A stretch of DNA of 64,000 nt from Epithemia pelagica (lineage: Eukaryota; Protista; Bacillariophyta): positions 2,542,001-2,606,000 of the forward strand of contig OX337228.1 in the NCBI GenBank assembly GCA_946965045.2. The letters are read 5' to 3'. Shown here piece by piece: positions 10,470 through 23,833 of the stretch. A program made the position numbers and the translations under genes. Below the pieces are notes generated by a model. That model worked only from the letters and a program-made list of their open reading frames with translations. It searched no databases and was not told where the DNA came from. Position 1 is the first letter of the stretch. The number at the start of each line of letters is the position of its first letter.

Positions 10470-12299
10470 TTATCTCTCCTTCAGCCGATTCTGCATGATG
10501 GCCAGACCCAACTCATATATGGTTGAGCTAAGAAGACGTTCCTCTCGTTTCTGGGCCGTTCGCTCAGAGGCAGACCGCGACTCGAGTGATTCAATTTTGT
10601 CTTGCTTTTCTTTAAGTTTTGCTTTACACTCCTGAAGGGCAACCAGGTACTTCTCTTGGAACTTCGCCAAAGTTCGTTTCGTGTATGTTTCAAGTTTGTC
10701 TTTGTCAGAAGAGATTTTGGAAATTTCTTTGTTGCGGGCTTCCAACTCGGCCTTCAACTTGGACACTTCTTCGCTGTCTGATGCGTTTGATGCGGTAGCA
10801 GCAACCGTCGTCGCAGCCACCGCTGTCGCTGCACTTGCAGCTTTCTGCTGCGCTTTCAGCTCTTCAACCTGTTTTTGAAGATCCTCATTTTCAATCTTCA
10901 GACGGGTGAGTTTCTCTCGATCTTGAGCAGTTTGGGAAGCCGCTAAACTTGCAACAGGCGTCTCCGGGCTGGTGTCCACAAGTTCCGCTTTGGCGCGCAG
11001 TTCAGCGAGCTCTTCTTCGTACTGTTTCTTCGCCCGAGAAGCTGCCAAAAGGCTAGACTTCAGTTCTGTAATTTCAGCGGTGGCGTTTTGGTTTGAGCTA
11101 GCATTTGTTTCTCGTTCCTTTTCCATGATTTTGATTTTTTCTTCAAGCTCAAGGACTTGCTTCTGCAGCGCAGTGGACTTTTTCACCTGTGTTTCAAGTT
11201 CCATAATTTGTCGCAAATAATTTGCGGCCTGGTCTTCCAGGTCAGTCATTTGCTGATTCATTGCCCCCATACCTTCCAGTCTCTTTTTGTAGGCCATTAC
11301 AGTTGCTTCGGCTTTGTGCAACTGTTGCGCCTTCGCATTAGCAACATCCAAATCGTCCGCCAATTGTGAATTCTCAGTTTCCTTGTCCGTGAGCTTTGCT
11401 TTCACATCTTCGAGCTCACTCGTTGTGTTACGAAGATCTTCCTCTAGTTGAATCATATCATCCTGCCTCTTGACCAACCTGTCCTGCAAGTCTTCGACGA
11501 CAGCACGCAACTTTGCTTGAGCTCGCTCATTGTCTTGATTAGAGATGGTCGTTTGGGATTTGAGCTGGGAGAGTTCACGGCGAGTTTCCGCAAGTTCTTC
11601 TTCCATCCCATCGTTCACATGTGCCCCACCAAACATTATGCCGCGCCCTTCTTCCGTTCCATCACCCGCCTTTTCTTCTTCATCATCGTCATCGTCAAAC
11701 ACGAGCTCATTTTCATCTCCTTCATCGTCGTCGTCTGTATACTCTGTTAGCTTGGCCAAAGATTGCTCGAGAATGTTCTTCATCTCGACTTGATTATCTG
11801 GTGACATGCCAAGAATGCGCTGTACGAAAGTACCTTTGTCTGCGCACGTCACGGATGCAGCTGCGACTAGTTCAACCAAGCTTGCCACACCGTCTGAATC
11901 GTTTTCTTTCGCAATAGCAGTCAGCGGAATGGATTCAAAATCAGCATCTTTGAACAACCCCTCATGGTAAAAATCCTCCAGATTTCTCACTAATTTGCGC
12001 AAATTGCTTGATTTCAAAGCCCAATTGTCACCCAAGTGACGAGCAATGGTCGTCGGATCGAAATATGCCGGTGCACTGGAAACAAGAAAACCCCGGAAAT
12101 GTCAGACAATCTATGTGGAAACGAATGCCACAACTGCTGGATATCCTACCAAGGGAACGTACATTTCTGAAAGAGCTTCAAACAACGCGACTCCATCGGA
12201 TAGCTCCGACAATGACTCCGGAGACGCTCCTGACAAGCTCGCAAATGTCCCGACAAATTCCACCATGGCCATTGCCCTGGCGGAGCCTTCTTCAGTCAT
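10470..12299 (-). CDS. HOOK-family microtubule adaptor (N-terminal hook domain plus long coiled coil); intron 12076-12162
   Basis: Exon 1 SLSELSDGVALFEALSE splices to IAPAYFDP...GDNWALKSSNLRKL (hook N-terminal domain). A long heptad-rich region and C-terminal REERLLSSTIYELG follow. Confidence 0.85.
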
Positions 12300-12781
12300 G
12301 GCAGAAAAATACAGTTTATCTTCTGGGCGAAGAACAGACTTGAAACAACACTATTATGCCTGAAATCGTCAGACTGTGGACAAGAGATGCCCTGGTAGAG
12401 AAAACCAACAGCTATACCCGCTTTTGTTCACTCCACAACCCAACGAATTTTGATATTGGGATCGATGGGGGTCTTCCTCTCACTCTCTCAATGGCTTTGC
12501 CTTTTGCCGGTGCCGGTGCCGCGGTTACTGGGAAAAAAACCTCCACGACGGACACGCGGGGCGGGGAGTGGGGATATGCTTCGGAAGATCACCCCACGAA
12601 CTGAGGTTCATTAGGGATTCACACAAAATGGGACTCAGAGCGCTCTCCCGTCATTGGCGAGAGACAGCCAGCCGAATTTGGTATACGTGCTCGAAGACAA
12701 CGTATTCAACGCGTGGTTTGTGTCGGCCTCAAGTCCTCGATTGAGTCCCTCCCTCCCGCACGATACAGAACACAAAAGACC

Positions 12782-13447
12782 ATGGCGGACCAATCATCGG
12801 TTTGTAAGAGCGAATTTTGCAATGCTGGGTGGTCAGAGGTTTTGACGCACATGAGTGCCTATGGTTGGGCGTCGTTCGGGGTTGCTTTCGGCCTTGGTTT
12901 GAGTATTGTAGGAGCTGCTTGGGGTATTTGGCTTACCGGCAGCAGTTTGGTGGGTGCCGCGGTCAAAGCTCCTCGTATCCGATCCAAGAACTTGATCAGG
13001 TATGTTCTACATTTATCCAAGGATAATATCGTGTTATTGTGGATCTAATTTGCGTCATTTGTGTCATCTTCCACTACGCCTAGCGTAATTTTTTGCGAAG
13101 CAACCGCTATCTATGGAGTTATCATGGCGATCATCTTGACGAATAAGATCAAAGAGCCTGATGAACCGTCTGATTTCCTGGGTTACAACTGGGATTACAA
13201 TGGATACTACTATGCCGGATATGGCATGTTCAGTGCAGGTTTATCGGTGGGCTTGACCAACATTGCTAGTGGAGTATCGGTGGGTATTGCAGGGTCTTCG
13301 TGTGCGATCGCCGATGCCCAAGACGCCTCCCTTTTTGTGAAAATTTTGATTGTCGAAATTTTCGCATCTGCGTTGGGCATTTTCGGAATTATTGTTGGAA
13401 TCATCCAATCAAACGCCTGTACCTTTCCAATTGCACCACTGGAATAA
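12782..13447 (+). CDS. ATP6V0B: V-type H+-ATPase V0 proteolipid subunit c'' (21 kDa); intron 13000-13083
   Basis: [41 protein letters not shown] and [19 protein letters not shown] are characteristic of Vma16/c''. Confidence 0.95.
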
Positions 13448-14091
13448 TTGCTCGGTTCACACAGACACAATCCGCAATCAACTAGAGCCGCTCATGTCAA
13501 TGTTCTACTGGTCTGGTTTTGAGGTGTCCCTTGTCATGTGGGGACTGAGTCTTCTACCACGGTTTATTTAGCCATGAAACTTAGATTGTTCACACTGTGG
13601 TATCAATAAGTTAGATGATTTGGCTCACTCGTAGTTTCACAGAACAACTATCGTAGATAAGACCATTTGGAACTACGAAAGGCATCATTAGTCTTTCATT
13701 ATCATCCAGAACGTAGAGAAAGAAGAATTTGCTTGAAGTCGAGGGATAACACTTCTACTTCTCTACTAGAGGAGTAGGAGAAGGAAGTACTCCTACTCCC
13801 CTTAGTCTAGAGTACTCCTAGGAGTAGCTAGTAGAGTGGGAGCGAAGACGCATCCCATAGGCACCATAGCCTATACCCTCTCGTCTCTCATTATTCGCAC
13901 AACTAATCGCGGGCTGACGGACGTCAGTGTTGTGTCATTACCACTCCCTCCATGGCGTAATATAGAAGTAAGGAGATCCAAGTGAACGATTACAGCAACT
14001 CGCTCCATTCTGTTCTCAACAGTCCAGCACCCTTTGACTTTGTGGACAACATCTGGTTGAATTTGTCAAGAGAAGTTTCGGTTATAGGATT

Positions 14092-15016
14092 ATGCAGAGC
14101 TGCCACCTTGGTTTTCTTGTTGTGCTGGTGACATGTCAGTTGACATCGGCATTCCTCCCATCACCCTTGAGAAGACGAACTTTCTCTCAGTCTCCTTCGA
14201 TGGAAACCGAGAGCAAACTTGGTATCAGTACTTCTCATACGTCCCAGTGGTGGTCCACAACAAAGCATATATTCTTGAAAGCAGAACAAACTTCGGGAGA
14301 TGACAGCGATGATGTTGTTAAGCTCATAATCGCTGGTGCTCCTGCCAGTGGTAAGGGTACACAGTGTGAAGTTATTAAAGACAAGTACGGAGTCGTTCAC
14401 CTCAGTACGGGTGATATGTTGCGTGCCGCTGTTGCTGCCGGAACGGATGTTGGGAAACAGGCCAAGGATTTTATGGACAGTGGAAAATTGGTCCCAGACG
14501 ATGTGATCATCGGTGTCGTAAGTTCTGGCCTAGACTTGGTTATGTTTTGGTATACCGCATTTTTCAATAAGGTTTGTTTTTCTTCAGGTGAAAGATCGAT
14601 TGATGGAGTCAGACTGTGTTGAAAATGGTTGGTTGTTGGACGGGTTCCCTCGCACATCCGCTCAGGCAGACGCTCTCTCTGATGCTGGAATCACTGCCGA
14701 TTGCTTCATCTTTTTGAATGTACCTGACGAGATACTCGTTGAACGTGTAGTGGGACGACGCACTGACCCAGAAACGGGCAAAATATACCACATGAAATTC
14801 ACACCACCTGACGATGAAGAGGTCAAAGCTCGATTGGTTCAACGATCCGATGACACCGAGGAGAAAGTTAAAGTTCGTTTAGACCAGTTTCATGCCAACG
14901 TTGAAGCAGTCAAAGACAGTTTCTCAGATATTATGGTGACTGTCGACGGAAACAAGTCACCCGCGGAAGTTACCAAAGATATTGCTGCGGCCATCGATGA
15001 TAAACTTAGTGCCTGA
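14092..15016 (+). CDS. adk: Adenylate kinase, plastid-targeted; intron 14518-14587
   Basis: P-loop [30 protein letters not shown] and LID region [12 protein letters not shown]. Signal peptide plus TSAFLP motif. Confidence 0.95.
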
Positions 15017-15076
15017 ACACAGCCCTACTGAATGTTTCGGCTTCGTTTTAGTTCGCTTGATCTAATGTAGGACTTG

Positions 15077-15574
15077 TTACATCTGCATCCCTTGACTGCT
15101 TTCTATTACCTCCTCAACAGTGATACTTGACTCGTCTCCGGCAAATGCATTGCTTTCTGTAAGGAAAAGCATACAATGACACTCATGGCGCTCTCTCATT
15201 GGTACACAGGGGCAATTCCAGTATCCATCCTTGACTTCTGCTTCTTTGTTGTCATAGAAACGGCAAGGGCACAATGGAGCACCAAGGTTGACCTTGTGCT
15301 CGGCCAAACCTTTGATCACGACGGCTGGCACCGACATATCTGAGCACAGCTTTGTACCTGTATTCTTGAGGTAAGTATTGGTAAAAGCTATCATTGCTTT
15401 CGTTGCTTTTGACATGGCTTCGTCATGTTCTTCTGGTGTCACTCCATTATTTTGTGAAGAGAAGAACTCGGTAGCAGATCTTTGTCGCACAAGATCCCAG
15501 TTGACAGTCGTGAGAAAACAATCCGCCAACACGATAAGCTGACAGCAAATAAACAGCCAATTGAGAGCATTCAT
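15077..15574 (-). CDS. ftrB: Ferredoxin-thioredoxin reductase catalytic (beta) subunit, plastid-targeted
   Basis: Diagnostic CPC...CPC...CHC Fe-S/disulfide motifs (LCPCRFY, WNCPCVPMRERHECHCMLF). N-terminal signal peptide. Confidence 0.95.
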   Translation of the reverse strand: MNALNWLFICCQLIVLADCFLTTVNWDLVRQRSATEFFSSQNNGVTPEEHDEAMSKATKAMIAFTNTYLKNTGTKLCSDMSVPAVVIKGLAEHKVNLGAPLCPCRFYDNKEAEVKDGYWNCPCVPMRERHECHCMLFLTESNAFAGDESSITVEEVIESSQGMQM

Positions 15575-15806
15575 GATGTTCGTAGATCTGGGTGGTTGTC
15601 AACGCTCGCAGGTTCGTGTCTATTGTTTATCAATCATCAACAACACATCGTCGAGAAGAGATTCATAAGATCCACTGTCTGTTTAGCTGTTATTTTTTCT
15701 GTACGGTACCTTCACAGGTTCCCAGTCCCAGCTTGACACAGACAGAAAATTTCTCTACCATAGCGAGAGCGAGAGGATCCTCTAGCCTCTAGCTAGAGAG
15801 CTCTAT

Positions 15807-16065
15807 TGCCTCGTAGGGGGAAGTGCCCAGGACGCCAAGTTTGTGCCCATTGGGCACAAACTTTAGCTGCTTGTAACTTCATCAAAAATGGTCGTATGAT
15901 CACATGCTGGGGCTCAATCTTGAGCCCGAACATGTCTTCTTTCGAGCGCCAACCATCCCCCGGCACCAATCCTAGTAGGTGTGGATCTAGAAATGGATTT
16001 TGGAAAAGCATTCGGCACTGTTGTGCACTGTGGTGCACAGTTGGGCACAGTTGGGCACATCTGTT
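15807..16065. repeat. Left TIR of piggyBac-like element
   Basis: Reverse complement of 30831-31105 with a few substitutions and indels. Confidence 0.92.
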
Positions 16066-16163
16066 TTTAAGGCTTTGTGGTGCCATAGGGCATGCATTGA
16101 TTGTAGAACTAGATAGACAATAGTGTTAACATGAATTGAGTGCTATAGAGTTCATTATTTGCT

Positions 16164-16622
16164 CTAGTTGATGATGTTGAAGCATAACTCGGGAGCATCT
16201 TGTTGCGTCTCCGCAAACTCAAAGGAAAGGTCGCTTTCCACTCCAACTGAGCTCGCAAAGCTCTTCCGATTGGAGCATGGCCCCATGGCTTCAATACTCA
16301 TGTCGGAGTTGTTTTCCTTGTTGTTGTTGTTGTTGTTGTTTCCTGTGGGGCTCGGTTCTCCACTCATTGATTCATCAAAGAGAACTTGCACTTTGGTTTT
16401 GCCAAATGAAACTCGTCCAAGTGAAGGTGAAGCTGGTTTCTTCTTCACTTCCAAAGTTTCCTCATTGTTCCTGTAGACTGCAAGGGGTTTCTTCTTCTCA
16501 CCAATTGCCATGTTCGTCTTCTTTGGTTTCTTCTTTGCCATCTTCTTCATTTCCACAAGAGGTGCAGGGTTGGAGGGCGGAGGACCGTACCATTCGTTCA
16601 AGCGGACAGACAACAATGGCAT
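16164..16622 (-). CDS. Passenger ORF in piggyBac-like element (Lys-rich, low complexity; possibly disrupted)
   Basis: 152-aa ORF. An upstream in-frame ATG (~16682, MSEIINGRRMSL...) is separated from it by a single TAG. Confidence 0.4.
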   Translation of the reverse strand: MPLLSVRLNEWYGPPPSNPAPLVEMKKMAKKKPKKTNMAIGEKKKPLAVYRNNEETLEVKKKPASPSLGRVSFGKTKVQVLFDESMSGEPSPTGNNNNNNNKENNSDMSIEAMGPCSNRKSFASSVGVESDLSFEFAETQQDAPELCFNIIN

Positions 16623-17030
16623 CTACTTGTGCTTGTTCTTGTTACGCAAGCTCATGCGCCGACCATTAATAATCTCCGACATTGTTGATGGTGGTTGTTG
16701 CTTTGTCAGTTGATTGTCATTTCTGAACAAGCTCTTTCGATGAAGGCGGAAAAGGGATCAACAGTCACGAGTTCTCAACTTAGCGTGACACATGAACGCA
16801 CACCACGCGTGTCGGAAGCAGATTATGGCGCAACACACACAAAACACAAGGCGATACAACAATCAAACACAAAACACTCGACCATCATAGCTCATTTTCG
16901 TATTTTGCATTCTTCCCTCCTCATAGCTGTTCTTGTTATCGCGTAAGTTCTTGCTGTCAATATGGGCGTCTCAGAATAAGATCAGCAACTGCAGTTCCAC
17001 TCACTCCTTTTCCTCTCCAGTTCTAAAACC

Positions 17031-17543
17031 ATGCAGACACCCACTGAAGTAAATACTATCCCCAAACAATTCACCACCCGACGCGATGATGGGCAGAATC
17101 TCCCAGGTCAGGGGTTCTCTGTGTCCATCTTCGGAGATTCGGGTGTAAACATCTACATTAAGCCCGGCCACAGAGACGACGGGTACGATGGGCGCCTCAT
17201 TGTGGACCGTGGGGTTGTGCTTGTCCAGCGCTCCTTCTCGTCCGACGCTAACAAAAACGCAATCTCCATTCGTGGCTTTGCTCGTGAAAAGGTGGATGAT
17301 CACCAGCCCGAGCTTGTGATCCCCATCACATCAATTACCAACACGCTCAAATCCACCCTTGTGTCGTCACCGAGTGGATCCACGGTAAAGGGCAAGATTG
17401 TGATCAAGACAATGCATTCTTTGAATACGTTGGTTACGATGGAACCGATGACAATCACCATCAAAATGCGTGTTGTCAACTCGGTGGCAATGATCCAATC
17501 GATTGATAACGCAATTAGGACTTGGACAAGCAACAAGGACTAG
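17031..17543 (+). CDS. Passenger ORF in piggyBac-like element (170 aa, beta-rich, unknown)
   Basis: ATG-initiated ORF of globular-looking composition, convergent on the transposase and inside the TIRs. Confidence 0.5.
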   Translation: MQTPTEVNTIPKQFTTRRDDGQNLPGQGFSVSIFGDSGVNIYIKPGHRDDGYDGRLIVDRGVVLVQRSFSSDANKNAISIRGFAREKVDDHQPELVIPITSITNTLKSTLVSSPSGSTVKGKIVIKTMHSLNTLVTMEPMTITIKMRVVNSVAMIQSIDNAIRTWTSNKD

Positions 17544-17663
17544 GAAGTTAACACGTACATACTCATAGTAGTTTGACACGAAGTACAAATTGTATTTGGC
17601 TTTATAGAATCCATTAGCGCTACTGTGAAGAATAGAAACAGCCTTCATTGTTATCTTGTCCAT

Positions 17664-20660
<2,997 letters not shown>

Positions 20661-21444
20661 TGTTAGAATTCTCACCGTCTATGGTGGTTAGATTCTACAT
20701 CTCATCGATTCCCCATGTCACATAGCCTCGTGCTATCGCATCATGCCATCTAGCTTCGAGCTATGTTCCCTAGCTTCGCGCTATATCGACCTATATTTCT
20801 TCGCAAATCATGAAAAGTGAGAATAGATTGACGAACTCACTCTCAAGACTAAACTGGGTCGTGCGGTATTACAACGGACGTAAATTTGGCCGTTGCTCGG
20901 ACATTATACTAACGCCCTAAGCGTACGCGCCCGAAATCATCGAGCGCGCCCAAGCGACATCCGAGCGCTGTCGGCATCTATCCGACCCAACGGTCTAAGT
21001 ATCCCAAGCACGACACACGATCACGCGAGACCATATTTCCATTCCCACAATCTCCATATTGTCAACAAGCTGCGCGCCATGAAAACAACTATGCCAATCC
21101 AAAGCAAGAGCTGTTGACCCTGTATATGTTATCCGTCCACATATACATGTCATATACATCACATGAATCGACTCCAACTATTCCAAACCTGTTGCCGCCA
21201 AGAACCTATGACACATGACCCTTGGCAGGACCGAACATTTCACGTAGACCTATCGTAGTAATCAACACACAATCTAACAATATCACCATTTATCACATCC
21301 TCTTTTGTGTCCCGACTATCCTTTTGATAGACTGCGACTTGCTTTCCTCTCTTACCCGTGGAGAGGTTTGTATCGGTTGGTGACTACCTGATTGTCTGCT
21401 CTACCGAGCATCAATGCCACTGCGATTCAGAAAGAATTGTAACA
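20661..21444 (+). repeat. 5' LTR
   Basis: Direct repeat of 28262-29045; about 5 mismatches by eye. Confidence 0.97.
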
Positions 21445-21458
21445 GATTAACAGTCTCA
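21445..21458 (+). promoter_or_regulatory. Primer-binding site complementary to the tRNA-Asn(GTT) anticodon arm
   Basis: GATTAACAGTCTCA lies immediately after the LTR; its reverse complement is TGAGA-CT-GTT-AA-TC. Confidence 0.65.
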
Positions 21459-21480
21459 AAGCTTATTTCCTTGTGGTTTC

Positions 21481-22260
21481 ATGGATACTAACGAGCTTAT
21501 CACTCCTGTACGACAGATCTATCGAGCCAACCTGCATCCTGGGCAGCCCGATACCCTGGTGCAGCAGGAACTGGTGCCGACGCCGGAGGCAGCCAACACA
21601 TCGGTCAACATCTCCGTCGACAGTTCCAACAGCAACCCATTCGAGACTCCAACCCAGCCTCACGCCCCGATCCCTGCGCCGTTGCTTTGGCCCCCGAGTC
21701 CGCCTCGTCGGCTCGTCCCTTCTCGATCCCGTCGTACCACCCGGTTGATTGCTGATCATATCAAGTACTTCCGTCAACCAACTTCTTCGACCTTCGATCC
21801 CGAGATCATCCGTGGGGAGACCCAGATCGAACGCCAGTTCCAATCGGTGACCCATATCGTCGACCAAGAAGACATTGACCGTCTGAACGACCAACTTCAT
21901 CGTTCTCCGAGGCGTCGCCTCATCTTGGCCGCCCTCTCGGGCAACCCCATCCGTACTGTCCACCTCCGCTTCCTAACCTTCGAGCGCCCAACTGGATACT
22001 ACAATACCATCTACGTCGTGAACGCGACGACATGCCCTCTGCCTCCTAACGTTGTACGCCTAGATAACTACGTTGCCTACATCCACGAGGTCCATACCAT
22101 CGAGGACCATCGTGCAACTATCTTCCCTTTGCGTACCGAGGTCGAGAACCACTTGGCTGAAGGTGATACCCCTTCTTCTGTTGCTTGTGCTGCCCCATCT
22201 GAGCCTGGAAACGACTCTGATTATTCGGAAGAGAGTGGAGATTCGGAAACCGAAGCTTAA
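21481..22260 (+). CDS. Extra 259-aa ORF between PBS and gag (unknown function)
   Basis: ATG-initiated uninterrupted ORF with an acidic C-terminus, inside the LTR element. Confidence 0.6.
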   Translation: MDTNELITPVRQIYRANLHPGQPDTLVQQELVPTPEAANTSVNISVDSSNSNPFETPTQPHAPIPAPLLWPPSPPRRLVPSRSRRTTRLIADHIKYFRQPTSSTFDPEIIRGETQIERQFQSVTHIVDQEDIDRLNDQLHRSPRRRLILAALSGNPIRTVHLRFLTFERPTGYYNTIYVVNATTCPLPPNVVRLDNYVAYIHEVHTIEDHRATIFPLRTEVENHLAEGDTPSSVACAAPSEPGNDSDYSEESGDSETEA

Positions 22261-22580
22261 TTACTCATAGTTAACTCCCGTCCTCTCAAAACCTTTCCAA
22301 GACTTAAACTCAACGCACATCCGGGTACCCTTGGTCGCACAACACGCCACACATTCCCGTCAAATCGCGAAAATTCGGCGAAAATTTGTTGAAACTCGGC
22401 GAAAATTTGTCGGAATCAACGGAAATTTCCAGGAGTCGCACATCACAACACACATCCGGGTATCACATACGTGGTACATACGTGGCACACGTGGTACATC
22501 CGGGTTCACATCACATCACACATTAAATAAACCACATCACACCGCATATTAAATAAACATCGAACCAACCAAATAACACC

Positions 22581-23711
22581 ATGGATCCTCAATCACCCAA
22601 GACACCTACGACTCCTAAGGGAGAAGATAACCAAGACAATGTCTCGAACACAGACCTATTCGACCACATCATATTTACTGTCTGCCAATTCTTTACCAAA
22701 GAAAGGGCCGACTACTTAATGAAGTGGATGAAATACCATGGTTTTGAGAACATTACCCATGTTATCTCGTATATGCAAACTAATACCGAGGAATCCATGA
22801 ACGAATTGACACAATACAAGGTCAACAAACAGACACATGATCTACAAGGCCCCACAAGACAGCAGATCAAGCTCTTGGCTTATTTGGCCATATACAAGAC
22901 CAATGAAATTCAAGACGAGCTATCCAATAGCGACTGGATGAACCTAACGAGGAAAGAGTTCAACACTTGGAGGATCAACACAGATTTCTCTAAGGGACCA
23001 CCTAGCCAAGTTCCAGTCTCGCCAATGAAGTCACCGTCATCTGTGAAATCTGTCAGCACAGTTACTGCCGCATCCCAATCTCAACAAGACCTTACAGCAT
23101 TCAGAAAGGGAACTAAGCGCGACGCAACTGCATATGAGGTATTCAAGGATGAACGATACTACAATTCATTCTGGCGTGTATTCAAGACTACAGCTAAGGC
23201 TCAAGGCCTATCCAACGTTCTGAATTTCAAATACACACCACCCCATGATGATGAGTATGCCGAAGAACTTTTTCAAGAGCAACAAGTATTTCTTTACTCC
23301 GTTCTTGTCCGTATCATTCAGACTGACCAAGGTCGAGCCTATGTACGTGAACATGAACATGATGAAGATGCGCGTGCCGTATTGCAGAAGTTACACTCTT
23401 TGCATACCGAATCCGACCTAGCAAAACGAGAAGTCCTCCGTTTAACCAACTACATTTCCAATCTACGTCTTGACGACACATGGCGCGGAACAACACGTCA
23501 ATTTCTTCTACACTTTCAAGAGCAGCTACGTTTGCTAGACAATCTAGTGACATTGTCTGATCGCATCCCTGATCATACCAGGATGACCTTCCTCATGCAA
23601 GCTGTAGAAAAGATACCTGATCTCCGCCGAGTCAAGATCTTGGATAATGTGGTGAACACCAAATCCGGTGCAAATCCCTTTGCTATCAATCATACTTCCG
23701 TCTCCTTCTAG
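22581..23711 (+). CDS. Copia gag
   Basis: CoDi-type gag motifs (FRKGTKRDATAYEVFKDERYYNSFWRVFKTTAKAQGLSNVL; LRLDDTWRGTTRQFLLHF). The gag C-terminus continues in the -1 frame. Confidence 0.85.
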   Translation: MDPQSPKTPTTPKGEDNQDNVSNTDLFDHIIFTVCQFFTKERADYLMKWMKYHGFENITHVISYMQTNTEESMNELTQYKVNKQTHDLQGPTRQQIKLLAYLAIYKTNEIQDELSNSDWMNLTRKEFNTWRINTDFSKGPPSQVPVSPMKSPSSVKSVSTVTAASQSQQDLTAFRKGTKRDATAYEVFKDERYYNSFWRVFKTTAKAQGLSNVLNFKYTPPHDDEYAEELFQEQQVFLYSVLVRIIQTDQGRAYVREHEHDEDARAVLQKLHSLHTESDLAKREVLRLTNYISNLRLDDTWRGTTRQFLLHFQEQLRLLDNLVTLSDRIPDHTRMTFLMQAVEKIPDLRRVKILDNVVNTKSGANPFAINHTSVSF

Positions 23712-23833
23712 ACGCAGCTTATGACCATGATCAAGCAACCCAGTCATCTGTTCATAGTCGCCGTCGACATGTCAAACAACATGAATCACTATATGGCTAA
23801 GATACAGATGCTGACATAACCTCACAAGATGAT

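Noticed and set aside
20893-21177. Small ORFs duplicated at 28494-28778
   Set aside because: They lie within the two LTRs, have no protein motifs, and are duplicated only because the LTR is.
23685-23700. Canonical programmed -1 slippery site at the gag end
   Set aside because: In the gag frame the codons are CCC TTT, which is not an X XXY YYZ register.
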